From a virus, in IMG/VR virus record IMGVR_UViG_3300010157_000060, positions 7,672 to 71,671 of that record: 64,000 nt of DNA. The stretch is one strand, 5' to 3'. This document shows positions 1-10,400 of the stretch, piece by piece (the stretch's first letter is position 1; every line of letters starts with the position of its first letter). Position numbers and translations under genes: made by a program. The notes under the pieces are model-generated. The model worked only from the letters and a program-made list of their open reading frames with translations, did not search any database and was not told where the DNA came from.

Positions 1-1470
1 GTCGGTGGTGACATGGTCGTCGATGTCGGCGGCTCTTACTCTGAGTCGATTGATGGCGCCAAGACGATGGAGGTCGTTAAGGACATCTCTCTCACTACTG
101 GAGCTGCCATGAGAGAGACAGTTGCGGGCGACAAGAGAACGCAAGTCGTTGGAGATATACGATATGACGCTGGAAAGAACATAGAGTCTAGAGCTGATAA
201 GGACATAAACCTCTACAGCCAAAAGAGCGTTCACATCAACTCAAAACAGAACTCAACTTACGAGGTAAATGCTGGTAAGCTAACGATGCTCTCATCAGAC
301 GATTTTGTCGTCGGTACAAATAGCGGAATGTACATCTCATCTAAAGACGCTGTAGCTATTGAGGCAGCTGCTGGAATGGCGCTGAGAGCTACTGGAAGCC
401 TGATACTTTCAAGCAAAGCTACAGCTTACTTAGACGCGGTCACTAAGCTCGACGTCAGGTCAGCAGCTATAGACCTAAGCGCTACTGGACAATTCAGGAC
501 TCTCAGCGGCTCAACTAAGCTCAACTCAACGAGTACATTTACTCTCGACTCTACTGGAGCAGTAGACCTCCGGGGCTCTACTATAGACTTAAACAAGGGA
601 TCACCATCTGCTGCTACGACCAACTCAGTTGAGACTGATAATCTCAGGGCTCTTCCGGCGTTCGAGGCACCTGAAGCTCCAGAGTTTCCAGACGCTAACA
701 CCATCATCGATAACATGACTTCTGAGAGGGAGTCTCCCAACTTTCCAAAGAACGCTAATAAGATGTCAGCACACGAGATGTCGATATACCAGAACGAGGG
801 CGATACGCCAGATCCAAAAGCAAAAGCTAGATCTGACCAGAACGCCTCAGCCGGATCTCTCTACTCAAAGGGCGATGATGCCGGCACTATACCGGACAGC
901 TCCCTAACATACGACGGAAGCGGAAATACTCTAAAGGCAGTAGCATCACCTTACTTGAGCGCTATGCCTACGTCCGTGTACAACAGCAGTGAGAAGCTAT
1001 CGAGAAGCGTGACGGTAGGTGGATTCCCCGGACTCGGCACGCTTCCGAAGACGCAGATGGGCTACTCGCAGAAAGAGATCTTAGAGAACGTAATGCACTT
1101 AGCTTACAACATCATGGACCCACTTCTCGAGAAGTTCGGATCAACGATTCACTTCTCTCATGGAATCAGGCTTGGCCAAGGTGGATCTCGTCACTATATT
1201 GGAAAGGCAGTAGACTGTGGATCGGCATCAAGAAGTCACGCAGAGACGGCAATGATAGCTAAGTGGATAGTAGAGAACTTACCTTATGATAGGGTGTTCT
1301 TAGAGGCCAACCATCAGGGAACTATCCACTGTCACGTCGAGGCAGCTCCTGCTGGAACATCTGGCGCTAAGACGGTCTGGACCTGCGCTGAGCCATCGTG
1401 CCACTCTAGGCAAGATGGCCTGGTGTTATCATACGCTGAGCAGGGCTTGAAGAACATGGGATTTGCATAA
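1..1470 (+). CDS. gp5: Baseplate hub/spike gp5-like protein, C-terminal part (5'-truncated by the window), ending in a Peptidase M15A-like (LAS Zn-peptidase) domain
   Basis: Frame is open from base 1. gp5/VgrG-type beta-helix repeats (VGGSYSESIDGAKTMEV, VAGDKRTQVVGD). The C-terminus has SRHYIGKAVD and IHCH (H-x6-D, HxH). Lies upstream of gp25/gp6. Confidence 0.7.
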   Translation, partial: VGGDMVVDVGGSYSESIDGAKTMEVVKDISLTTGAAMRETVAGDKRTQVVGDIRYDAGKNIESRADKDINLYSQKSVHINSKQNSTYEVNAGKLTMLSSDDFVVGTNSGMYISSKDAVAIEAAAGMALRATGSLILSSKATAYLDAVTKLDVRSAAIDLSATGQFRTLSGSTKLNSTSTFTLDSTGAVDLRGSTIDLNKGSPSAATTNSVETDNLRALPAFEAPEAPEFPDANTIIDNMTSERESPNFPKNANKMSAHEMSIYQNEGDTPDPKAKARSDQNASAGSLYSKGDDAGTIPDSSLTYDGSGNTLKAVASPYLSAMPTSVYNSSEKLSRSVTVGGFPGLGTLPKTQMGYSQKEILENVMHLAYNIMDPLLEKFGSTIHFSHGIRLGQGGSRHYIGKAVDCGSASRSHAETAMIAKWIVENLPYDRVFLEANHQGTIHCHVEAAPAGTSGAKTVWTCAEPSCHSRQDGLVLSYAEQGLKNMGFA

Positions 1471-3428
1471 TGACTGTGAAATTTACTGAGGATATCTCTG
1501 GTAGTAAAGAGAGCGCAACGTACATGGCTACTACGTGCCAAGCGTACGTCCAAGCTATAGCTGACGCGAAGAACGAGGACGTCGAGGGAACTTTCAAGCA
1601 GCCGACCGGCACGTTCACTTACAAAGCTAGCCCAAAGAACAACCCGACGACGAGCCCAGTTCCACAGCAGCCGGCGACTGGGGCTGGCGGTGATGGCGTT
1701 CCTATCAACAGGGACACGACCGCTCTAAAGCACAAGAACGTCTTTCATGAGTCCGGACCGAGCTCAGATCCGGACAACAAGGCCTCCACTCAGAGCTTCA
1801 ACAGCGCCGTATCGACTGCCTTTAATGTTATCGCTCTAGCTACTTCTCTTAGAACTCTGATACCTCAGACGAGCGCTCTTAGGAACACTAAGACTAACTA
1901 CTACTTGACTGATACTGAGAAAGCACTCATAGCAGCTAAGGCCACTGAGTTCGCCAGCTACGGCATGGTCAGGTTCGACGTTCTCGAGGACTTTCTCTAT
2001 GTTCTGGTAGCGATCGACAACTACGATGATCTACAGCTGGTCGCTAGCGTTACTAACATACCTGAGCTGGACAACTCATATCTCGTCCGGGACCCGATGG
2101 GAATACTGTCGGTTAGGGATCTCTATAAGATAGGATACATGGCTCATGGCCTATCATCGCTGACAAAGCAGATCGACCACAGCACTTACCCTCAAGCTCA
2201 GTCAAGTTCCGATCACACTGGCTCAGCGTTTGGCGCTCTTCTAAGCGTGGCCGCGTTCTCATCAAGCCCGATGGGAGCTCTGTCGAACGTTCTAGGCCCA
2301 GCTGGAGCAGCTTACTCAATGGGACTATCTGGAACTGCTATGCTATCTCAGGCAGCATCGCTGAGCTCAGCGGGATCAATACCGAGCTTTCCGGGCGTTG
2401 ACTCAGTGTCGATAACTATCGCTAAGATGCAAGTCGCGCTGCTATCTCTTGCAAATATAGTTGCTCCATTCGGAACTCCTACTGGATACACTAACTGCCA
2501 AGGTCAGATTGATCACTGCGGTGATGTTATATCGAGCTTGAATGAGATAAAAAGCTACGTCGATGAAGCCAACAGCACTATCACTACTCACAAGATCTAC
2601 ACGCTGACTCCAGTGCAAGCTCACTTGTCTAGCTTCTCAAAAGACTTGAGAAATGCAATAGGGTTCGCTACTCAGCTGGCATCAGCTACCTCAACGAACC
2701 AGAGCAAGACTCCGGACATGCTGACTCAGCTAGGTAAGATCAAGATAGTTGTTGGAACTCTAAATACTACCGGCAGTTCTATAGCCGCAGAGATAGCAGC
2801 GATACAGTCTCCTGGAAACTTGAGCAGCGCTGCATCAGCTCTCACTAGAACCGGAGGCATGGCTACTTCATCTGTATTAGCTGAGCTGACGATGGGACAG
2901 AGAATCCCCCCGTCGGTCATATGCAATAACCCGATGATGCAGCCGCCGTCATTTGCGGGCAGAGCGTTCTTTGGCGAGGGGCTGACACCTAGGATCTCCA
3001 CTGACCAGATGTTCTCTAGGAGAATAGCGACTTACCCGACGTCATCTGCTGGATCCGGCGTTATGTCCTTCCAGATGCAGAACTTCGGATCATTTGGTTC
3101 CTCAATGAGCTTGACATCACTCATATCTAGGGTGATGATCGGCGTAGCTATACCTCCTGTATCTGGAGCTCTAGCTTCGATGATCGGTGGTCAAGCTAGC
3201 CAGATAGCCAGCTTACTGGGGTGCGCCGCCGCTGCGATGATAGATCCTAGGAGAAGCGATCACTCTATTCCATTTATGATAGCTGCTTCAGCGAGTATGG
3301 TGCAGGACACCAGATCTCCTTTCTCTACGAGCGTGTTCTCTTCCGGATGGAAGCAGGCAGCCGGCGTTGGAAATGACCTGCAGAGATATTCTCCGCAATA
3401 CTTAAGAAACATCAGGACTAACTTATAA
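1470..3428 (+). CDS. Hypothetical 652-aa Ser/Ala-rich protein, probably virion-associated
   Basis: Long ORF coupled to gp5 (TAATG overlap) within the baseplate cluster. No motif recognised. Confidence 0.6.
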   Translation: MTVKFTEDISGSKESATYMATTCQAYVQAIADAKNEDVEGTFKQPTGTFTYKASPKNNPTTSPVPQQPATGAGGDGVPINRDTTALKHKNVFHESGPSSDPDNKASTQSFNSAVSTAFNVIALATSLRTLIPQTSALRNTKTNYYLTDTEKALIAAKATEFASYGMVRFDVLEDFLYVLVAIDNYDDLQLVASVTNIPELDNSYLVRDPMGILSVRDLYKIGYMAHGLSSLTKQIDHSTYPQAQSSSDHTGSAFGALLSVAAFSSSPMGALSNVLGPAGAAYSMGLSGTAMLSQAASLSSAGSIPSFPGVDSVSITIAKMQVALLSLANIVAPFGTPTGYTNCQGQIDHCGDVISSLNEIKSYVDEANSTITTHKIYTLTPVQAHLSSFSKDLRNAIGFATQLASATSTNQSKTPDMLTQLGKIKIVVGTLNTTGSSIAAEIAAIQSPGNLSSAASALTRTGGMATSSVLAELTMGQRIPPSVICNNPMMQPPSFAGRAFFGEGLTPRISTDQMFSRRIATYPTSSAGSGVMSFQMQNFGSFGSSMSLTSLISRVMIGVAIPPVSGALASMIGGQASQIASLLGCAAAAMIDPRRSDHSIPFMIAASASMVQDTRSPFSTSVFSSGWKQAAGVGNDLQRYSPQYLRNIRTNL

Positions 3429-3431
3429 ATA
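3424..3431 (+). promoter_or_regulatory. T4-type late promoter
   Basis: Exact TATAAATA directly upstream of gp25. Confidence 0.65.
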
Positions 3432-3435
3432 AAAA

Positions 3436-3849
3436 ATGGCCATACAGACACTAAGAACGCCCCCGAGGTACAAAGACTTCTACAATAACCTCGACTTAAA
3501 GCTCAACAACAGAGCTAAAGGTGACTTGTACGTTCTAGAAGATTCTGACTCAATAAAGACAGCGCTCAAGAACTTGATATTCACTGATCCAGGAGAGAGG
3601 TTCTTCAACCCAAAATTTGGAAGCGGTATCAGGAGATCTCTATTTGAGAACATCAATGTTGATACTGAATTTACGATAAAAACAGAAATAGAAGCTACCA
3701 TAAGGAACTTCGAGCCTAGAGTAAATCTAAGTGAGGTCTACGTTTCAGCTAACGCAGATGAGCACTACTACTCGGTTACGATATTGTTCTCCATATTAAA
3801 TACACCAGATGTACAGACTCTGAACTTAATTCTCAATAGAGTAAGGTAA
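3436..3849 (+). CDS. gp25: Baseplate wedge subunit gp25
   Basis: IKTALKNLIFTDPGERFFNPKFGS and IRNFEPRV are GPW_gp25 family motifs. Confidence 0.95.
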   Translation: MAIQTLRTPPRYKDFYNNLDLKLNNRAKGDLYVLEDSDSIKTALKNLIFTDPGERFFNPKFGSGIRRSLFENINVDTEFTIKTEIEATIRNFEPRVNLSEVYVSANADEHYYSVTILFSILNTPDVQTLNLILNRVR

Positions 3850-5666
3850 TGGCAAATACAGGCTTTCTCTCAACATCCGAGCTTGACTTTAACACGCTCA
3901 AGCAGAACTTAAAGACCTACTTAAAAGGCCAGAGCCAGTTCAGCGACTTCGACTTCGACGCGTCGAACATCAGCGTCCTGCTCGACATATTGACTTACAA
4001 CACCTACATGAACTCTTTCTACTTGAACATGATAGGTAGTGAGATGTTCATGGACACAGCTCAGCTCAAAGAGTCGGTCGTGTCTCACGCCAAAGAGCTT
4101 AACTACTTACCTAGATCTAGAACTTCATCTGAGGCGTTCGTCAACATCACAGTCGATACCGGACTGGATACTCCGGACAACGTCGTCATACCAAAGAACT
4201 ACAGGCTCGCGACTTCGGTGGACAACGAGAGCTATACTTTCTTAGTCGGCGAGGACACGATACTTATATCAAATAACGGTATATACGCTAGCGCTAATAC
4301 GCCGGTCTACGAGGGAATACTAGTAACTGAGTACTTCAACACCGTAGACTCAAATAGCAAGTACATCTTGAGATCTGGCAACGTTGACACGAGATCTATT
4401 GACGTGTACGTCGCTACATCAAACACTAGCTCGACATTCTACCCATATACTTACGCTGAGTCGCTGTACGGCTTAACTTCTACGTCAAATGCTTTCTTCA
4501 TTACCGGTTATGGAAAAGACCAGTACGAAGTAAAGTTTGGAAACGGATCTTCCGGAAGAGCTCTGGCAAACGGAAGCTTCGTCAAGGTCCAGTACAGGGA
4601 CACCAAAGGTGATGCCGGAAATGGAGCTTATAAGTTCAGCAAGACGTCGAGTATCGCTGGGTACTCAGGCGTATCGATATCGACTGTAGCTACTGCAGCT
4701 AACGGCTCTGAGAGGGAGACTGTAGATGAGATTAAGTTCAACGCTCCTAGGTTCTTCAACACTCAAGAGAGAGCTGTCACCAAAGAGGACTACATCACTC
4801 TCGTTAAAGCAAAGTTTCCCGAATTCCAAGCAGTCACAGCATATGGCGGAGAGGAGATGGATCCCCCAAGATACGGAAAAGTCGCCATCGCAGTAAAGCC
4901 GTACGGTAGCATCGCTCTCATTGCTGACTCTCTGAAGAAAGATATCGTTGACTACTTAACATTAAAGAACTTAACTACTGAGCCGATCGTCGTTGATCCT
5001 GACTTCTTCTACGCCTCTGTCAACAGCTCAGTTAAGTACAACACCAAAGTTACAGAACTATCTTCTGGACAGCTCAAGGCTGCTGTCCAGCAGGCCATAC
5101 TGAACTTCGCGAACACCAACGTCACCAACTTCGGAAGCGACCTATCGTACTCTAAGCTGGTATCAGCTATCGACGCTTCAGATGTGAGTATACTTGGAAA
5201 CGACACGGAAGTGATGATCACCAGGAGGTGGGTTCCTCCAGTCCAGCAGTCGAACACCATATCATTCTCATTTAATAACGCTCTCTATCACGAGAACAGC
5301 CTCTACTCCCTCCCGCAGGGACATGAGCTAGTTATCAAGAGCTCCGTATTCAATTACGTATCATCTGGTAACAACACCTACAACGCCTACGTCGGCGATG
5401 ATGGTCTCGGCAACTTAAAGATATACTACGACAAGACTGACAGCACTACGGGAATAGTCAATAGGATAACGCTAGAAGAAAATGCTGGATCGGTTAACTA
5501 CTATACCGGATCAACTCTCGTGACAGCCAACGTCTACTCTTATACTGGAAATCACATAAACATAACTGCTAAGCTCTCAGCCAAAGACGTTGCGATCAGC
5601 AAGAACACGTTCCTGCTCTTCAGCTCAGATGACATCAACATAACGATGATCGCTCAGACGGTATAA
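3849..5666 (+). CDS. gp6: Baseplate wedge subunit gp6
   Basis: LDFNTLKQNLKTYL, FMDTAQLKESVVSHAKELNYLPRS, QERAVTKEDY, PPRYGKV; follows gp25. Confidence 0.95.
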   Translation: MANTGFLSTSELDFNTLKQNLKTYLKGQSQFSDFDFDASNISVLLDILTYNTYMNSFYLNMIGSEMFMDTAQLKESVVSHAKELNYLPRSRTSSEAFVNITVDTGLDTPDNVVIPKNYRLATSVDNESYTFLVGEDTILISNNGIYASANTPVYEGILVTEYFNTVDSNSKYILRSGNVDTRSIDVYVATSNTSSTFYPYTYAESLYGLTSTSNAFFITGYGKDQYEVKFGNGSSGRALANGSFVKVQYRDTKGDAGNGAYKFSKTSSIAGYSGVSISTVATAANGSERETVDEIKFNAPRFFNTQERAVTKEDYITLVKAKFPEFQAVTAYGGEEMDPPRYGKVAIAVKPYGSIALIADSLKKDIVDYLTLKNLTTEPIVVDPDFFYASVNSSVKYNTKVTELSSGQLKAAVQQAILNFANTNVTNFGSDLSYSKLVSAIDASDVSILGNDTEVMITRRWVPPVQQSNTISFSFNNALYHENSLYSLPQGHELVIKSSVFNYVSSGNNTYNAYVGDDGLGNLKIYYDKTDSTTGIVNRITLEENAGSVNYYTGSTLVTANVYSYTGNHINITAKLSAKDVAISKNTFLLFSSDDINITMIAQTV

Positions 5667-5667
5667 T

Positions 5668-8586
5668 ATGGTAGACTCAATTAAGTACATCTCTAATCTA
5701 GTAGAGAACCAGTTCCCGGCGTTCTATGCTGAAGAGGGACCAGTATTCATTGAGTTCTTAAAGGCGTACTACGAGTGGATGGAGCAGGAAGGTAATACCC
5801 TCAATAAAACCAGATCTCTATTTGACACCAGGGACATCGACACTACCGCCAATAACTTCTTGACTCACTTCAGGCAGAAGTACTTCGTCAATATACCGAA
5901 GAGCATAGAGGGTGACCAGAGATTCTTACAAGAGCACATCCTCGACTTGTATAGGTCAAAGGGATCTGAGCAGGGACTCAAGCTCTTATTCAGGATGCTC
6001 TACAATGAGGACATCAACGTCTACATCCCGTCCAAGGACATCTTAAAGCCATCCGACGGTGTGTGGAGAGAGCCTCAGTACTTTGAGATCTCAAATAGCT
6101 TCTATAACTACAAGTACGAGAAGACCTACGTTACTGGAGCGACGAGTGGAGCTACGGCCTTCATCGACTCTTATAAGAAGATCTACGTTGATAACTACCA
6201 ATCGCACGTTCTCTACATCACCAACGTGAGCGGTCAGTTCATAGTTGGAGAGCAGCTGGTCTCTGACGCTGTCTCTATAGATCAGGCCAGCTTTATCTTG
6301 GGATCTCCAGTCGGTATCACCGTCAACTTCGCGTCACCTTACCAGCCAGTAGGCGAGTTCATGAACTCGATCTCTACGTTCGGCACTACGAACTTTAACG
6401 GCATAATTAACCATACTTACGACGTCACTGACGGCTTCATCAACTTCATAATCGTCGATGGTGGAACTAAGTACTCCCAGTTTGCTAACATATCGGTCAC
6501 GACCGGCGCTAACACGATGGGCTACAACGCCAACTTCACTGGGTTTGAGCTGAGCAACCAAGTTGACTTCACTTACAACACCGATATAATCAACTACATA
6601 CCTTTTGATAAGACTCACTACTTCAACCCGAACGTGCACATATCAACACCGTACGACTTCATCAAGTTCGCGAACAACACGTACTTCGCTAATGGAGATC
6701 TGGTCAAGTACCTGTGCGCTCCTGGAAACACAGTCTTATCTGGACTCTCTAATGGCTCATACTACTACATAGCTGGAGCGAACGACTCAAGCGTCAAGCT
6801 CTCTTCTTCTCTTACTACAAAGACATTCAACGCAAACTCAGCAGTCAACTCTACTAGCGAGTTCATAAGTATAGCGACAAATACTTTTGCTAACGGCGAT
6901 ATCCTGTGGTACAGGGTAGCGACGGGAAATACTGCCCTGACTAACTTAGCTAATAACTCCTATTACTACGCCATTCAAGCTAACAGCACTGGATTAAAGC
7001 TAGCTAACTCATATATTCCTAAGACTTTCAATCCAAAGCTGACTATCATAGATGAAGTCGACGACTACTATATAGCTATACCATCGCACGGCTTCGCAAA
7101 TGATGATATCGTCAGGTACGTTACGTCATATGGTAATACGGCTATCGCTACTCTCGCTAATAACAGCTACTACTACGTAGTTCAAGCTAACACCGGTGGA
7201 ATAAAGCTGTCATCATCACTCGGTGGTGCAGCTATACTCTTGTTCAGCCCATCTCTGCCGAGTGAGGACGGTCACAATATATACGGCGCTGGAACTCCTA
7301 TAAACTTAACTAAGGGACTGACGGAGACCGGCCACAGCTTGACTGGATACACCTCAATCGACTTGACAGCGAGTGCAAATGAGTTTGGTCACGCCCTGAT
7401 AGGTAGAGGAGTATCCTTTAACGCCAATACCGACGTGTCAAATACGGCCGACACCATAACTATACTGAACAACCAGTTCGCAAATGGAGATCTCGTTACT
7501 TACCACTGCATCGGTGGAAACACGGCGGTTGGTGGCCTCTCAAATAATACTAACTACTACGTCATCGGCGCCAATGACGTGTCGCTTAGGCTATCATCTA
7601 ACTACTACTTTACGACAGCGACGTTCAACTCAAATACCGGAGTTAACTCTACCAGTGAGTTCATAACAACGACCGCCACTAACGTCATCGTGAACAACGA
7701 CATAGTGTTCTACAACACTAGCACCGGAAACACAGCCCTCACTGGGCTGTCTAATGGCTCATACTACTATGCTGTATCAGCTAACTCACTTGGGCTGAGC
7801 TTATCAGCTACCTATGGTGGCTCTGCAATCAACATAACTAAATCGCTGACGGAATCCGGGCACAACTTAAAGAGACTCGGTCCAGGAACTAACTTGGTCT
7901 CAGGATCAACTGAGACGGGACACTACTTGACTGGTGTCAGCAAGTTAGACATCCCGCTGAACGCGCCAACTTTTGGGCCGGCTATCAAGAACGCTAACTT
8001 AAGCACTGTCATCGACAGCTCTCTAACTTACGCGATCACCTCAGTAGGTCATATAACTAGGCTAACTGGATTGAACCCCGGAAGGAACTACGACGGCGAC
8101 GTCGTCGTCAGGGTGAGGGACAACTACATCGCGAGCTATGGTCAGTTCGACGCTAATGGAAATATAGAGGGAAATAACGCCTCGTTCTTAGGTAGGGCGG
8201 TCAGGGGTAATGATATCCCGAACTCAGTTAAGATCAAGGACTCTGGATTTGGCCACAATCTTTCTGGAGAGAACATAACTCTCTATAATGTAGCTAATAC
8301 TAATGCTTTCATCGACGGAAATGTAGTTCTTGGCGCGATCGGCGTCTCTCCTGGATTCTATGAGGACAATAGGGGAAAGATCAGCGACGGAATGTACATT
8401 CACGATAACCTGTACTACCAAGAGTACTCATATGAGGTCCAGTTCTCTAGATCTCTCGATAAATACGTAGATATCTTAAATAAAGTCATACATCCAGTTG
8501 GAAATAAAGTGTTTGGAAAGCCGGTGCTCACTCACTTCGATAATGTACCGCTGGTAGTAGTTGACAGGGCAGTAACACAGGCATAA
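5668..8586 (+). CDS. gp7: Baseplate wedge initiator gp7-like protein with five inserted repeat domains
   Basis: N-terminal ENQFPAFY, FLKAYYEW, LYRSKGS; C-terminal IHDNLYYQEYSY and IHPVGNKVFG; lies between gp6 and gp8. Confidence 0.8.
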   Translation: MVDSIKYISNLVENQFPAFYAEEGPVFIEFLKAYYEWMEQEGNTLNKTRSLFDTRDIDTTANNFLTHFRQKYFVNIPKSIEGDQRFLQEHILDLYRSKGSEQGLKLLFRMLYNEDINVYIPSKDILKPSDGVWREPQYFEISNSFYNYKYEKTYVTGATSGATAFIDSYKKIYVDNYQSHVLYITNVSGQFIVGEQLVSDAVSIDQASFILGSPVGITVNFASPYQPVGEFMNSISTFGTTNFNGIINHTYDVTDGFINFIIVDGGTKYSQFANISVTTGANTMGYNANFTGFELSNQVDFTYNTDIINYIPFDKTHYFNPNVHISTPYDFIKFANNTYFANGDLVKYLCAPGNTVLSGLSNGSYYYIAGANDSSVKLSSSLTTKTFNANSAVNSTSEFISIATNTFANGDILWYRVATGNTALTNLANNSYYYAIQANSTGLKLANSYIPKTFNPKLTIIDEVDDYYIAIPSHGFANDDIVRYVTSYGNTAIATLANNSYYYVVQANTGGIKLSSSLGGAAILLFSPSLPSEDGHNIYGAGTPINLTKGLTETGHSLTGYTSIDLTASANEFGHALIGRGVSFNANTDVSNTADTITILNNQFANGDLVTYHCIGGNTAVGGLSNNTNYYVIGANDVSLRLSSNYYFTTATFNSNTGVNSTSEFITTTATNVIVNNDIVFYNTSTGNTALTGLSNGSYYYAVSANSLGLSLSATYGGSAINITKSLTESGHNLKRLGPGTNLVSGSTETGHYLTGVSKLDIPLNAPTFGPAIKNANLSTVIDSSLTYAITSVGHITRLTGLNPGRNYDGDVVVRVRDNYIASYGQFDANGNIEGNNASFLGRAVRGNDIPNSVKIKDSGFGHNLSGENITLYNVANTNAFIDGNVVLGAIGVSPGFYEDNRGKISDGMYIHDNLYYQEYSYEVQFSRSLDKYVDILNKVIHPVGNKVFGKPVLTHFDNVPLVVVDRAVTQA
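6610..7935 (+). repeat. Five copies of a beta-type repeat domain inside gp7
   Basis: Five cores of pattern N(G/D/N)D-x-V-x-Y-x4-GNT-x4-L-x-N-x2-YY-x3/4-AN-x4-(K/R/S)L, and five closing motifs ending E-x-GH-x-(L/I). Coordinates approximate. Confidence 0.8.
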
Positions 8587-8588
8587 CT

Positions 8589-10391
8589 ATGACCGCTATA
8601 TTACTCAAGAGCTTCTCTAATAAGATCTCAACTAACATCTTCGATGAGTTCTTCAAGAACATATACACGTTTACTTTTAATGCAAACAGCGCAGTCAATA
8701 GCACTTCATACTTCATAACCGCCACGAATACAGGAGATAGTACCGTGAAGAACGGTGATACTGTGATGTACTATACGGAAGGCGGTGGAACAGTTCTCCT
8801 CGGAGTTGCAAACGCCGGTCTGTACAACATCACTAGCGCTAACTCTACTGGATTTAAGCTAGCTAACGTATCTACGGGAGCGACAGTAGCTCTCACCGCC
8901 AGCTCAATATCTGAGAATCACCATCTAGCAGTCCAGAATCCGAACTACTACTTCGCCGCGTCGAAGCACTCAGCTTGGGCAGATGAGAACAACCCAGACA
9001 CTCCAGTTGATAACTTAAACTCCGTGTACAACTTCCAGAGAGAGATGATCTTCGGCAAGAGAATCGATAGGGAAGATCTTACTTATATGATAAGAAAGAT
9101 CTCTTGGACATCTGGGACGGTGTATGATCACTATGATGATCAAGTCACTAACTTATTTGACTCTGACTTCTACGTCTTGACTAACGAGTCTAGAGTTTAC
9201 AAGTGCATAGACAACAACAACGGAGCGCAGTCGACAGTAAAGCCAACTGGAACGCTGACTACTAATTTCCAGACAGCTGACGGTTATGTGTGGAAGTACA
9301 TGTACACCTTGTCAAGCACCAATAACGCTAAGTTCTCAACTTCATCTTACATCCCCATTGATCCGAACACGTCGATAACGTCAGCTGCGTCGAACGGAGC
9401 AATTGAGTTCGTTCAAGTAGAGACTGCCGGAACTGGGTACAGGGGATTTGCTACTGGCTTTATACAGCAGGTAGTATCTAATACATTATTCAAAGTAGAG
9501 ACGGCAACGACGGCTACCTCAAATGACTACTATACTGCGAGCGGTTTCTACGTGTCAGCTGGAACTGGATCTGGCCAGCTCACTTACATAACGGCTTACA
9601 CAGTAAACACTCAGGGTCACTTCATAACAACTAACGATCAAGTGAACAACCCAGTCCTCGACACGACGTCACAGTACATCATATCACCGAGAGTAACTTT
9701 TACTGGCGATGGAACTGGCCTCAAGGCTTACTCTAATGTCAGCACAGCCGGAAATGTGTACTCAATAAACTCGATCAACATCCTCAATCGCGGATCTGGA
9801 TACTCCTATTGCGTAGCGAACGTCGTGGCTAATCCAGCTTATGGATCAGGAGCTACTCTGAGAGCGGTCTTATCTCCAGAGGGCGGTCATGGTTACAACC
9901 AAGCTGCCGAGTTAGGTTCAGCTTACTTAGCTCTGTCGGTTGACTTCGCGAACAACGAGTCGTCTGTCGTGTCTACTCACGGCAAGTTCAGAAAAGCCGG
10001 TATAGTGTACAATCCCAAGTACTACTCTAATTCATCTCTGGGCTACGCGAACAACGCATATAACGCTCTCTACTCTATGACGGCGACTATCACTACTGCG
10101 CCGACTAAGATCTACACAGAAGGTGAGCTGATGATCGGTGGTACCTCGAACACTCACGCGATCGCGGCTTGGTCGAACAGCTCTTATGTTGAGTTCTCCT
10201 ACCTCCATGGAACGTTCTTGGCATCTGAGGTAGTTACTGGCCAGACATCAGGAGCTACAGGAACAGTAATCGCGCTGTCAAATCCTGATATAAATAAGTA
10301 CACAAATGAAGTTCTCTACTACGATTACTTCACGCCAATTCAAAGATCTAATACGACAACTGAGACCGTAAAGCTGTTGATCGCTATTTAA
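8589..10391 (+). CDS. gp8: Baseplate wedge subunit gp8
   Basis: WTSGTVYDHY, FYVLTNESRVYKCIDNN, DGYVWKYMYT, SPEGGHG. Confidence 0.9.
   Translation: MTAILLKSFSNKISTNIFDEFFKNIYTFTFNANSAVNSTSYFITATNTGDSTVKNGDTVMYYTEGGGTVLLGVANAGLYNITSANSTGFKLANVSTGATVALTASSISENHHLAVQNPNYYFAASKHSAWADENNPDTPVDNLNSVYNFQREMIFGKRIDREDLTYMIRKISWTSGTVYDHYDDQVTNLFDSDFYVLTNESRVYKCIDNNNGAQSTVKPTGTLTTNFQTADGYVWKYMYTLSSTNNAKFSTSSYIPIDPNTSITSAASNGAIEFVQVETAGTGYRGFATGFIQQVVSNTLFKVETATTATSNDYYTASGFYVSAGTGSGQLTYITAYTVNTQGHFITTNDQVNNPVLDTTSQYIISPRVTFTGDGTGLKAYSNVSTAGNVYSINSINILNRGSGYSYCVANVVANPAYGSGATLRAVLSPEGGHGYNQAAELGSAYLALSVDFANNESSVVSTHGKFRKAGIVYNPKYYSNSSLGYANNAYNALYSMTATITTAPTKIYTEGELMIGGTSNTHAIAAWSNSSYVEFSYLHGTFLASEVVTGQTSGATGTVIALSNPDINKYTNEVLYYDYFTPIQRSNTTTETVKLLIAI
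10289..10296 (+). promoter_or_regulatory. T4-type late promoter
   Basis: TATAAATA near the 3' end of gp8, about 105 bp upstream of the 2051-aa gene. Confidence 0.55.
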
Positions 10392-10400
10392 GGAATAAAG

